A stretch of 64,000 nucleotides of DNA, taken from contig JANRKO010000016.1 in the NCBI GenBank assembly GCA_033763455.1, forward strand, positions 32,001 to 96,000, given 5' to 3'. Positions 37,617 to 46,990 of the stretch are shown in pieces (the stretch's first letter is position 1; every line of letters begins with the position of its first letter). The notes under the pieces are model-generated. The model worked only from the letters and a program-made list of their open reading frames with translations, did not search any database and was not told the origin of the DNA. The position numbers were made by a program, and so were the translations under genes. This stretch comes from Polyangiaceae bacterium (GTDB taxonomy: Bacteria > Myxococcota_A > Polyangia > Polyangiales > Polyangiaceae).

Positions 37617-39959
37617 ATGCAGTCCATTGGCGCTCTCATTCCTCTATATCTTCTCCCCCAAACAATGCGGTCAGCACTGCCCATGAGTCCGACTCGGTGT
37701 CGGGCCTGTAATGCAAACTTGCCATGTGACCCGGTGGGGGGTGAGGTTTGGGCGCGCTATTGCCCCGAATGCGGTTTTCCGTGCGGCGGATCAGACGCTG
37801 AGTTGGGGGTGAACCAATCATGGACGGTGCTCACGTCTGGGCTCCGAATATTGTGCTTTGCATCGCCCGAAGAAGTAGCTCTCGCTGCCGCCAGCAACCT
37901 GGTTTCCGGGGGAGACATTGTGTTTCCGCCCTCAGGGCCAGAGTTCCCAGTGAGCGAGCTACCTTTGGTTGAGCAGCAAGCTCAAGCGGACAATTCTGTG
38001 TCACTGACGCCACCGTTAGGTAGCGCGTTACTCGTCGCCCCCAACCTGAACGCGGCAACTCGCCTTGCTCGGGACATTTGGGCGGACGACTCATCCGACG
38101 GTGGTGCCCAAATCGGCACTGCCACTCGGCCCATGGCGATGGTCTCCCCTGATAAGTTCACGCCGCCTCGATCCCGCCCTGGGCTCTCACCCAAAACCGT
38201 CGCGGTGTTGGATGACCTGTTGCGGCAGCGCAAAGGAACTTCAAGGAAAAGCAGATCCGAAGCACCCCGCAGGGACACGTGGCGTTCTCAAGAACGGTCC
38301 CCGGGCGGCAGTGCTCCTCGCTTGCCCCTGCGTGGCCGACCACAACACGACCGAGATACCATCCTCGACGACTCGAGTGCGTCGGGGATTCGCGAAGCCT
38401 TACTGACGGCAACGGAACCACCTGCCCCCACACATTCAGTCGAGTCCACCCCGCTGAGCCGACCTATTGACCAGGTTTTGCCACCACCTCCGCGGCTACC
38501 GGTTATCAACTACGTTCAGGCCGAGAGCTCGGAGATCCCAGGGCCTAAAGCTCGGACCGACCATGCAGAGACAGGTGCTGCTGGGCGAAAGCCACCTCTG
38601 GCCCCAAGCTCACACACCCGCTTGCCTGAAGAGCCAGCAGGTTCAAGTACGCTGGGCGAGGGCAGTGCTTCGAACCAGAGTTACCTCCCCTTTACGCTCG
38701 ATCGAGGGACGGCGAGCCGCGTGCTGCCAGCATCGAAGCGGTCGCGCACTTGGACGCTGGCTACTGGGCTACTGCTGCTGGCCTTCGTAGGATTCAAGCT
38801 CGTCTACCAGCGTGAAACCCAGTCCAATGTCGGCGGGCAAGCGCCTTCGGGCCCGAACAACCTTGCCCTCAAGCTCGCGAAATCGCGCGCCACTGGGAAC
38901 ATCGAAGCCGAGGTCGAGCTGCTCCGCCAGGGAATTGCTGCTGCACCCGGCGATTTGGGAAAATTGGCCGAGTACTCAGCCGCACTCAATCAGACCGCTG
39001 ATCGAGAGTGGTTGCGTGTTTGGGCCATGCCATCCGCTGCCTCTGCCCTGATCGAGCTTCAGAAAGGCAACCTCGCGCGCCTTGCCGACGAATCGCTCTG
39101 GGCGGCAACGGAATACTTGGAGGCCTCCGGTGGCTCGGTGGCCGCCAAGATCCAACAACTGAATGCCCTGCGCAATGCTGGCCAAATTGATCGTGCACGC
39201 CAGCTGGCCCTAGAACTCGAAACCACCGCGCCTTCGCCCGAGCGTGACTATGCCCTCGGAACCCTGGCGTTGGTCGATCCGAAGATGAGCGCGGAGCAGG
39301 CTAGCCGATACCTCGAGGCTGCGGCCCGCCTGCAGAACACGCCGGAACGGGTGCGTCCAGCGCTCATCCTTGCTTACTTGCGCAACGGCGAACTCGATCG
39401 GGCCGAACGCGAGCTTAAGCTCCTGTACCTCTTGTCACACCCCCACGCCGCCACCAAAGCGCTGAGCGATCTTTTGGAGCGCCATCGAAAGACAGAAGCC
39501 ACGGAGAAAGCCGCGCCCCAAGCAGTTATTAGGCCTCCGACACCCATCAGTACACGTGACCTTTTGAGGGCCGCGGAGCGAGCAGTGGTGGATCAAGACA
39601 CTCAGCGTGCCCGGCGACTTTATCACGCCGTCCTAGCACGCGACGCGAGCAACTGCCGTGCGTTGGCCGGCCTTGGTACCTTGGCTCAGTTGGCCCAATC
39701 GTGGAAGGCCGCCGAAAGCTATTTCTTGGCTGCGAACGAAGCGAACACCCGCTGCCTTGCGGCCCAACTTGGGCTCGCTGATCTCGACTGGGAGCGTGGG
39801 CGGGTCGAACAAGCCAAAACCCGCTATCGCGAGATCGAGCAAAGCTACACCCGAGACCAGTACCCCGATCGCGTGAACACTCGCGCGCAGAGCAGCGACG
39901 ACAGCGGGCGCAATCACGCCGGCGGAAGTGCAGCGCAAGGCACGAACTCAATAGACTGA
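37617..39959 (+). CDS. Zinc-ribbon / Pro-rich / TM / TPR bitopic protein
   Basis: CRAC..CPEC, GYF_2-like segment, disordered linker, one TM, periplasmic TPR helices; start may be 37665 or 37683. Confidence 0.7.
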   Translation: MQSIGALIPLYLLPQTMRSALPMSPTRCRACNANLPCDPVGGEVWARYCPECGFPCGGSDAELGVNQSWTVLTSGLRILCFASPEEVALAAASNLVSGGDIVFPPSGPEFPVSELPLVEQQAQADNSVSLTPPLGSALLVAPNLNAATRLARDIWADDSSDGGAQIGTATRPMAMVSPDKFTPPRSRPGLSPKTVAVLDDLLRQRKGTSRKSRSEAPRRDTWRSQERSPGGSAPRLPLRGRPQHDRDTILDDSSASGIREALLTATEPPAPTHSVESTPLSRPIDQVLPPPPRLPVINYVQAESSEIPGPKARTDHAETGAAGRKPPLAPSSHTRLPEEPAGSSTLGEGSASNQSYLPFTLDRGTASRVLPASKRSRTWTLATGLLLLAFVGFKLVYQRETQSNVGGQAPSGPNNLALKLAKSRATGNIEAEVELLRQGIAAAPGDLGKLAEYSAALNQTADREWLRVWAMPSAASALIELQKGNLARLADESLWAATEYLEASGGSVAAKIQQLNALRNAGQIDRARQLALELETTAPSPERDYALGTLALVDPKMSAEQASRYLEAAARLQNTPERVRPALILAYLRNGELDRAERELKLLYLLSHPHAATKALSDLLERHRKTEATEKAAPQAVIRPPTPISTRDLLRAAERAVVDQDTQRARRLYHAVLARDASNCRALAGLGTLAQLAQSWKAAESYFLAANEANTRCLAAQLGLADLDWERGRVEQAKTRYREIEQSYTRDQYPDRVNTRAQSSDDSGRNHAGGSAAQGTNSID

Positions 39960-40237
39960 ACTTTGCACTGATCGTTCTCGCGCGGGCGGCTGGAATGCGC
40001 CCGTCCTCACCGAGATCAGTTAAGCGGGCCCCGGGTAAGAGCTCATGGGCGGAGAGCCCACGGCGAGTTCTCGTAGTTGGAGAGTTGCGCCAAGGCGTCG
40101 AAAGAGTATGAGCGCGCGATCCGCTTAGCGCGAAGAACCTTGAGCGCTGGCTCAAAGCAATAACGAATCAATATGCCGACCGTATCTTGCTGATTACGGT
40201 CCAGATCGGGGATCTTTGGGGCCGTCTCAGTGCTGCT

Positions 40238-41149
40238 TCACCTTTCTCCCAGGTCGATCTCTGCGGCTCCGAAATTCAGGGCCACCTGAACGCCGCCTGA
40301 AACATACGGCTGCATGGCTTCCTGTTGCCCGGACACGAGCGTCGGCATAGTGCCAATTGCACCTAGGAAGGCCACGCGTGCTCCTCGGAAGTAGTGTTGC
40401 AAGTGGCGAGCGGTGTCGAACGCAATGGCGCCGTGGAGGGCTGGAAAAAGGCCGTTAGCCTCTCCCTTGATCGGTGCTCGGTTCTCGTCGGGGCAATCCA
40501 CGGCATAGCGCCCGCCAGTACCCACACAGTACTGGCCGTTCGCTGAAAGCGCAGTCGCGGTGAGCCCCAAAATGCCGTGCACCTCAAGCCAGTGGCTTGT
40601 GGGTGTGAGCCGAATGTCTGCCCCTGCTTCCGCGGCCGCGCGTGTCGCGGAAAAGGAAGCACCTTGCTGTTCCGCGCTGGCGTAGGTGCCGGACACGATC
40701 ACCCCCACCCCCAAACGCTTCTCGTCGTCGACGTATGTTCGGTACCCTAAAAGTGGCTCCAAAGAGCTGCCCGTACCCGAATCTCCAGCGGCCCGTGCGC
40801 CCACCACTAACCCAGGAGTGCCCAGCACGCGGTCTGGCTCCATCTGGGCTCCCAGCGCCGGCAGCGACGTACCCTTGTGTTCCTCCTCGGCCGCAGAGCT
40901 CAGGTAATACCCCGGCAAAACGGCTGCGTGGATCTCCAGGGCGGGGCGCTCTTCAGGCAGAAATGCAGCCCCAGAAGTGGCCGGCATCGGGCCCAACGTG
41001 GTGCAGCCTGAGAGCCAGCAGCTCGCCACGTAGCACCCAGAAACGCCGAAACTCACCCCGCGCAGCCTACCCAGCAACCCCGCACCATGCCTCATCGCCA
41101 GCAACCCCGCGCCGTGCCTCATCGCCAACACCCTCGCTCCGTGCCTCAT
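40238..41149 (-). CDS. Hypothetical lipoprotein, beta-rich
   Basis: LSGC lipobox; three in-frame ATGs (41149, 41122, 41095) created by a repeat. Confidence 0.65.
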   Translation of the reverse strand: MRHGARVLAMRHGAGLLAMRHGAGLLGRLRGVSFGVSGCYVASCWLSGCTTLGPMPATSGAAFLPEERPALEIHAAVLPGYYLSSAAEEEHKGTSLPALGAQMEPDRVLGTPGLVVGARAAGDSGTGSSLEPLLGYRTYVDDEKRLGVGVIVSGTYASAEQQGASFSATRAAAEAGADIRLTPTSHWLEVHGILGLTATALSANGQYCVGTGGRYAVDCPDENRAPIKGEANGLFPALHGAIAFDTARHLQHYFRGARVAFLGAIGTMPTLVSGQQEAMQPYVSGGVQVALNFGAAEIDLGER

Positions 41150-41177
41150 CGCCACAACCCGTCCCGCCTTCTCATCG
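41071..41177. repeat. 27-nt tandem repeat x3 plus a degenerate fourth copy
   Basis: Units at 41071, 41098 and 41125 ending TGCCTCATCG; encodes AMRHGAxxL. Confidence 0.9.
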
Positions 41178-42380
41178 GCCCGCCTTCATTCGCCCATCGA
41201 ACCACACAGCGAGGGTGAGCACCAAGCCGCGCGCGATGAACTTCACTTCGGGCGAAACGGCCATCAGCGTTAACCCGTTGAGAAGGCTAGCCATGATCAA
41301 TGCCCCGAAAAGCACCCCCATCACGTTTCCTCGCCCACCTTTCAAGCTCGTGCCCCCGATCACACAGGCAGCGATCGCGTCGAGCTCCATGAGCTGACCC
41401 ACCGTAGAAGTGGAGGCCCCCGAATAGGCTGTTTGCAAAAACCCTGTGAGGGCCACAGCACCACCCATGAGCGCATAGGCCACTATAACAACCCGCGAAA
41501 CATTCACGCCCGAAAGGCGGGCCGCATCGAGATTTCCACCGACCGCATACAGATGACGCCCAAACGGCGTGCGCGACGTGAGCAGCCAGACACCCCAGGC
41601 CACTGCAACCAAAATCAGCACCGAAAGAGGAATTCCTCGGTACTTATTGGCCACAAGCACCAGCACCGCCAGCACCTGCGCTGCTACAAAAAGCCCCAGG
41701 AACAACACTTCCCCATCCAAGATCTGAAAGCCAAGCGCCTGCCTGCGGCGCCGGGAACGAAGCACCATGCCCGTAAAGATCGCGAATAAGACTAAGGCCA
41801 CGCCCGCGGACGGCCACGGCGGCAGATAGAACGTGGTGAGGCTCGAATACAGATTACTTTCCCCACCGGGCGCCACTGGCACCGTTTGATTTTGTATAGT
41901 TAACCAGTGAAGCCCTTTGAAGACGAGCAAGCCACCGAGCGTGACAATGAACGCCACGATGCGTTGCCGCACGATCAACCAGCCAACGCCCGCCCACACC
42001 AAAACGCCCAGAAAAAGGCTGAGCGCCAAGGCCAGAGGCGCCGAAACTCCGTGCGAAAACACCAACACCGCAGCGATCGCCCCGAACAACCCCACCCCAC
42101 TGCCCGCGGCAAGATCGATCTGGCCCGGCAGCAGCACGAGCAGCATGCCAAGCGCCAGGATGGCGGTAACGCTGAGCTCAATCGTGAGCAGCGAGAGATT
42201 TCTTGCACTGAGAAACGCCGGCTCCTTCAGAGCGAAGAGAGCCCACAAGAAGCCGAGGGCGAGCAACATCGAAAGCTCTCGGCGGGGCAGCGCTGGCTGG
42301 GCTTGCGAAGGCTGTTTCGTCTTGTTCCCCGCCTTCGCCATTCGCTCCGTTTCGGCGTGTATTTCTGCATTCGTGCTCAT
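41172..42380 (-). CDS. xylH: Sugar ABC transporter permease (xylose type)
   Basis: GQIDL..GS, TPFGRHLYAVGGN..AARLSG, ELDAIAACVIGGTSL.GG.G. Confidence 0.88.
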   Translation of the reverse strand: MSTNAEIHAETERMAKAGNKTKQPSQAQPALPRRELSMLLALGFLWALFALKEPAFLSARNLSLLTIELSVTAILALGMLLVLLPGQIDLAAGSGVGLFGAIAAVLVFSHGVSAPLALALSLFLGVLVWAGVGWLIVRQRIVAFIVTLGGLLVFKGLHWLTIQNQTVPVAPGGESNLYSSLTTFYLPPWPSAGVALVLFAIFTGMVLRSRRRRQALGFQILDGEVLFLGLFVAAQVLAVLVLVANKYRGIPLSVLILVAVAWGVWLLTSRTPFGRHLYAVGGNLDAARLSGVNVSRVVIVAYALMGGAVALTGFLQTAYSGASTSTVGQLMELDAIAACVIGGTSLKGGRGNVMGVLFGALIMASLLNGLTLMAVSPEVKFIARGLVLTLAVWFDGRMKAGR

Positions 42381-43942
42381 GCTGGCACCCCCTCCGGCAA
42401 CGCCGCCCGAAGAAGGTCGGGGGGGCCCGCGGACTCGGAGCTGAATTCAGCGGCAATTCGCCCGTTGGTGAGGACCAGGATGCGCTGGCACACGGCAAGA
42501 AGCTCCTCCCACTCACTCGAAATCACCAGCACGGCTTTACCTCGCGCGGCCAAACCTCGGATGAGTTCATGAACTTCCGCTTTGGCACCGACGTCGATGC
42601 CTCGGGTGGGCTCGTCGAACAACACAACGTTCGGCTGAGTCATAAGAGCTTTTCCGATCACGATCTTCTGTTGATTGCCCCCAGAAAGCTCGGCCACTTT
42701 GGCGTTGAGGCTAGGCGCCGACACGTGCAAGTCTTGCATCAACGCGGCGCAAGCCTGCCGCTCTTTGGCTTCATCTATCAATCCGTTGCGGCTCAAGCTC
42801 GCTAGGCTCGACAGCGACAGATTAAAGGCCACAGACTGTTCCGGCACGAGCCCGTAACGTTGCCTATCTTCGCTCACCAACACCATTTTTGCGGCCAGCG
42901 CCCCTTGTGGCCCAGCGCCGGAGGGAAGAGCCACGCCCGCCACCTTTACTTCCCCGGCCGTGCGCACCCCCCAAAGCCCCATCAAATGCAGCACCAACTC
43001 GGTGCGCCCCGCGCCTAAAAGGCCGCCCAACCCCAGGATTTCCCCCGGGTTAAGCGAGAACGAGACATCTTTCAGGCGTGTTTGCTGAGTGGCCTCCGAC
43101 GCCACCGAGAGGCCTTGTACGTGGAGGGCTGGCTGCACCGCCGGCGCTTGCGCGAGTACTTTCTGGGCTTCGGCCGCACCCCGAGTGATCGTCGGAACCT
43201 TCACCTTGCGCCCGAGCATCTGCTCGATCAAGCGTTCACGATTCGTGTCGGTAAGGTTGGAGGTTCCAACGCTTTGGCCGTCGCGCAGCACCGTGACACG
43301 ATCGGCCAGGCTGAACACTTCATCGAGCCGATGAGAAATGTAGATGGAGCTTACGCCACTTTGGCGCAGCTTCCGGAGGAGCTCAAGCAACACCTCCGCC
43401 TCGCGCTCCGAGAGCGCCGCGGTGGGTTCATCCAAAATCAAGATCCGGCTTTTTTTAGCTAAAGCCTTAGCAATTTCGACCATTTGCTGGGCGCCGATCC
43501 CGAGATCATCCACGTAGGCTAACGGATCGATGCTGGCGCCCACTTCAGCAAGGAGTTCCTGCGCTCGCCGATGCTCTTGCTGTTCGTCTACCAACCAACC
43601 CGCACAGAGCTCGTGCCCTAAGAACAGATTCTCGGCCACGGTGAGGTTCGGAATGAGGGCCAGCTCCTGATGGATCACGGCGACCCCAGCTTGCTCTGCG
43701 TCCCTGACGGAGCGAAAACGGCAGAGTTTACCGTCGATACTGAGCTCACCCGTATATTGCCCTGCTGGGTACACTCCGGATAACACCTTGATCAGCGTGC
43801 TCTTTCCGGCGCCGTTTTCACCCGTAAGCGCGTGGACCTCACCGGCACGGAGCTCAAAGCTCACCGCCCGCAGCGCGTGTACGCCGGAGAAATCCTTGGA
43901 GATCCGATCTGCCCAGAGACTTGCCACCGGCTCGGCCCTCAC
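42377..43942 (-). CDS. xylG: Sugar ABC transporter ATP-binding protein
   Basis: GENGAGKST, LSGVYP.G.Y.G, LDEPT, LSGGNQQK, DEPTRGIDVGAK. Confidence 0.9.
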   Translation of the reverse strand: MRAEPVASLWADRISKDFSGVHALRAVSFELRAGEVHALTGENGAGKSTLIKVLSGVYPAGQYTGELSIDGKLCRFRSVRDAEQAGVAVIHQELALIPNLTVAENLFLGHELCAGWLVDEQQEHRRAQELLAEVGASIDPLAYVDDLGIGAQQMVEIAKALAKKSRILILDEPTAALSEREAEVLLELLRKLRQSGVSSIYISHRLDEVFSLADRVTVLRDGQSVGTSNLTDTNRERLIEQMLGRKVKVPTITRGAAEAQKVLAQAPAVQPALHVQGLSVASEATQQTRLKDVSFSLNPGEILGLGGLLGAGRTELVLHLMGLWGVRTAGEVKVAGVALPSGAGPQGALAAKMVLVSEDRQRYGLVPEQSVAFNLSLSSLASLSRNGLIDEAKERQACAALMQDLHVSAPSLNAKVAELSGGNQQKIVIGKALMTQPNVVLFDEPTRGIDVGAKAEVHELIRGLAARGKAVLVISSEWEELLAVCQRILVLTNGRIAAEFSSESAGPPDLLRAALPEGVPA

Positions 43943-45099
43943 TTCGTGACAGCGGCGCTGGGGGTGGGGTTCGGGATTGGGTTTGGGACTCGGTTTGCGT
44001 TGGGGCTGGGGCTGGCGCTGGGGTTTGCGCTTGGGCTGGGGCTGGGAGGCGAAATGCCTCGAAATACCTCCGCTTCGGGCTGAAATTTGTCCAAAATCAC
44101 CGTTTCCCGAAGATTCCCGCGATCTACCGCCACCACATCCGACAACACGCTCGGCACATCCCGCTCGCCGTTATTCACCACGCTTCTGGCAACCACCACT
44201 TCACGCCGTGCGAGCTTCATCGCCACCTCGGCCGCACTTTCGGCTAGCCGTTGAAGCGGCTTGTACACCGTCATGGTTTGGGTGCCCCGCGCAATGCGCT
44301 GGCAAGCTACAAGATCGGCATCTTGGCCGGTAACAAGCTTGCCCTCCAAGATCCCCTCCTCAGTGAGCGCCAAAATGGCGCCACCTGCGGTGCCATCGTT
44401 ACTGGCAAGCACTCCCTCAAAATCGCGCCCATGTGCGCTGATGGCAGCATTCATGATTCGCTTGGCGTTCTCAGGCTTCCAATCGTCCGCCCAATCCTCG
44501 TGCACCACCGAAATATCTCCGCGCTCGATGAGCGGCTTGAGCACGCGATCTTGCCCCGCCTTGAACATGAAGGCATTGTTGTCGCTCTTGGAGCCGTAGA
44601 TCCGGACTATCTTGCCCTTGCCCGGGGTTTTGAGGTGCGACACCAGATATTGGGCTTGGAGCTCGCCTACGCGTTCATTGTCGAAGCTCAAGTAAAGATC
44701 GAGCGGAGCATCACGAATCAGTCGATCGTACGCGATTACCGGAATACCCGCGGCGTGGGCCATACGTACGGCCTTGGCCATCGCTTTGCCGTCGTGGGGC
44801 ACGATCACCATCACATCAACTTTCTGGGTGATCAACTTTTCAACGTCGGAAATCTGAGTGGTGTCGTCGCTATTGGCGGAAAGATCCAACACCCGGCCGC
44901 CCAAACGATTCACCTTTTCCACGAAGAGGCGGCGATCCACCTGCCAGCGAGCCTCCTTCAGTGTGTCCAAGGAAAGGCCCACAAGGACGCCGTTCTGCGA
45001 GCGCTTACCCGGCTCCCCTTCCGCACGCTCCCGTACCAAAAGGCCCAAAGCCACGCTTAGCATGCAGGAGACAACAACCAACAAGATCCGAAGCTTCAT
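43939..45099 (-). CDS. xylF: D-xylose ABC transporter substrate-binding protein
   Basis: EARWQ.D, AYDRLI, SFDNERVG, DNNA, SNDGTAGG, GQDAD, TVYKP; Pro-rich C-terminal extension. Confidence 0.88.
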   Translation of the reverse strand: MKLRILLVVVSCMLSVALGLLVRERAEGEPGKRSQNGVLVGLSLDTLKEARWQVDRRLFVEKVNRLGGRVLDLSANSDDTTQISDVEKLITQKVDVMVIVPHDGKAMAKAVRMAHAAGIPVIAYDRLIRDAPLDLYLSFDNERVGELQAQYLVSHLKTPGKGKIVRIYGSKSDNNAFMFKAGQDRVLKPLIERGDISVVHEDWADDWKPENAKRIMNAAISAHGRDFEGVLASNDGTAGGAILALTEEGILEGKLVTGQDADLVACQRIARGTQTMTVYKPLQRLAESAAEVAMKLARREVVVARSVVNNGERDVPSVLSDVVAVDRGNLRETVILDKFQPEAEVFRGISPPSPSPSANPSASPSPNANRVPNPIPNPTPSAAVTK

Positions 45100-45204
45100 T
45101 CCGATGCCAACTCCCTTGGCTCCCCACTCTTATCTGCACTCACCAGTTCTCACCCGCCGGCAGCTTCCACGTTCTGCAACGGCAGCTCTCAGCGAAAAGT
45201 CTTT

Positions 45205-46314
45205 TTAGAAGATTCCGCCCAGCTCAACCACGCTTGTCCATTGCGCCTTTTCACCTTCGAACAACTTCTTGTCACTTTGGCTCGTCTGAGCGTCTGATAC
45301 TGAGCCAAAGTCCGTGATAAATTCACCACCCAGCGTAAGCATTTCGTAGCGATAGCTGAGCCCAAAAAGCATACGCCTGCGTTCCAGGCGCGCTTTGTCG
45401 AACACCACGTTGTTGTTGAAGTCCAAAGGTGAGCCCCCTGCACACACAGGTTGCCCGTCTTGTGCGACCTTACCTGGATCGTCGCTGCCAGGCTGATTAA
45501 TACCGGCGTAGTTGCAGTACTGAATGGCGTTCGTGGCGGGGGTAAGATCTACGAGGCCCGAATCACCAAAGATCCAAAGCTGTTGAAAGCCTACCCACGG
45601 AGTGAGCACCGAAGAATCCGCGATGACGATGGGTTTTGAAATCTGGGCATCCGCGCTCGCCACCGTAAGCTGAAACTCCGGGGTGCCCGTGATGCTGCGC
45701 ACCCCTCCGCCGATCGCGAAATCGGGCACGTAACCCATGAAGCCCGTGCGAAACCCCTCCAAAATGGCTATGCGTGCATCCGCACCGCCGGAGACGAGGC
45801 TCGTACGCGGCATGAAGCCGATGTTCGCCGTTAATTCGAGACCGAATCCAAAGCCCTTCTGGAACTTTACCGAGTAGTGCTGAAGAAACCCGTCTGGATC
45901 ACGATTTTGCTCGGGAGCTTTCTTGGAGCTCGGATCCACCGCCCCTTGTGTGCCTCGGCGCCAGTAATCTTTACCGCTATCTATCTTCGTGTAGCTACCC
46001 TCGAACGCGAGCTTGAAGCCGCCGAAACCTGTGGTGCGAGCCGCGTGCATCGCCGTGGGAGCAAACGCAAACGCATATTGGCTGATGAGCTTCTTGAATG
46101 CGCCCTCATCCGAAACACACCACTCACGCCCGCCGGGACCGTTCTTTAGGTTCTCAAGGTTCGCCGGGTCGTCGACGTACGCGCCCTCACCGGTACGACA
46201 ATTGGGATCGAGCACGAGCCGCTCAATCGTTGGATCCATGGGCTCCGCCTGAGCTGGCAAGGCCAACAGCAGCAGGCACGCCCCAGCGAAAAATCCGGCA
46301 CGATTCGCGCTCAT
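45205..46314 (-). CDS. Hypothetical exported protein, possible outer-membrane beta-barrel
   Basis: AQA signal peptide, alternating beta-strand pattern, terminal Phe. Confidence 0.6.
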   Translation of the reverse strand: MSANRAGFFAGACLLLLALPAQAEPMDPTIERLVLDPNCRTGEGAYVDDPANLENLKNGPGGREWCVSDEGAFKKLISQYAFAFAPTAMHAARTTGFGGFKLAFEGSYTKIDSGKDYWRRGTQGAVDPSSKKAPEQNRDPDGFLQHYSVKFQKGFGFGLELTANIGFMPRTSLVSGGADARIAILEGFRTGFMGYVPDFAIGGGVRSITGTPEFQLTVASADAQISKPIVIADSSVLTPWVGFQQLWIFGDSGLVDLTPATNAIQYCNYAGINQPGSDDPGKVAQDGQPVCAGGSPLDFNNNVVFDKARLERRRMLFGLSYRYEMLTLGGEFITDFGSVSDAQTSQSDKKLFEGEKAQWTSVVELGGIF

Positions 46315-46450
46315 TTCGAAGTTACCAACGGCTTTTGATACTTTGCCGCAGCAAGTGGCGTCAAGCTTCGGCCGCGGCCCCGGTCAGCGCCCTGCCCCCG
46401 ATGGCTTGCTTTGCCGAGCACAGGCAGCCAAAAGCTCTAGCCGGAACCCC

Positions 46451-46984
46451 GTGCCAACCCCCGCCTCACGACCCCGTTTGCGAGCCAAAGGTCGCGATAA
46501 CGCCTTTCACTTGGTGCTCGTAGAACCCGAGATCCCGCCCAACACGGGGAACGTTGCCCGCCTGTGCGCGGCCACTAACTCCCCGCTTCACCTGGTGGGT
46601 CCACTTGGCTTTGACATCAGCGACCACGCCGTACGGCGAGCTGGCCTCGATTATTGGCACTTGGTAAGCGTGCAACACCACGCCGATTGGGACACGTGCA
46701 ACGAGGCACTTACCCGTGCCGCCCCGACTGGCCGCCGTTGGTTTTTCACAACCCAAGCCACGAAAAGCTACCTGGACGTTGATTTCCGTGAAGGGGACGC
46801 CTTGGTGTTTGGAAAAGAAAGCGTTGGGTTGCCCGAATCGCTCCTTGCTCGCTACCCCGACCAGCTCGTGGGAATTCCTATGCTCGGCGCGGTGCGTTCG
46901 CTCAACCTTGCCAATACGGTTTCGATCGCTTTGTACGAAGCCTTGCGACAAATCGGTGCTCTGGCCAACGCTGAGCTTGAGTAG
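46451..46984 (+). CDS. trmL: tRNA (cytidine34-2'-O)-methyltransferase
   Basis: EPEIPPNTGN, RRAGLDYW, FGKESVGLP, RSLNLAN. Confidence 0.93.
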   Translation: MPTPASRPRLRAKGRDNAFHLVLVEPEIPPNTGNVARLCAATNSPLHLVGPLGFDISDHAVRRAGLDYWHLVSVQHHADWDTCNEALTRAAPTGRRWFFTTQATKSYLDVDFREGDALVFGKESVGLPESLLARYPDQLVGIPMLGAVRSLNLANTVSIALYEALRQIGALANAELE

Positions 46985-46990
46985 CGCGCT

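Noticed and set aside
37470..37620. Cobalamin riboswitch (GGTG..TCC, CCACTG..GGGAAG fragments)
   Set aside because: No AGGGAA segment, no pairing around the putative T-loop, no B12 box, and no B12-related downstream gene
39954..40025. Integron attC site (..AAC...GTTAAGC)
   Set aside because: Inner arm overlaps the GTT core with no spacer; no integrase, no cassette array, and the upstream gene is a large native-looking gene
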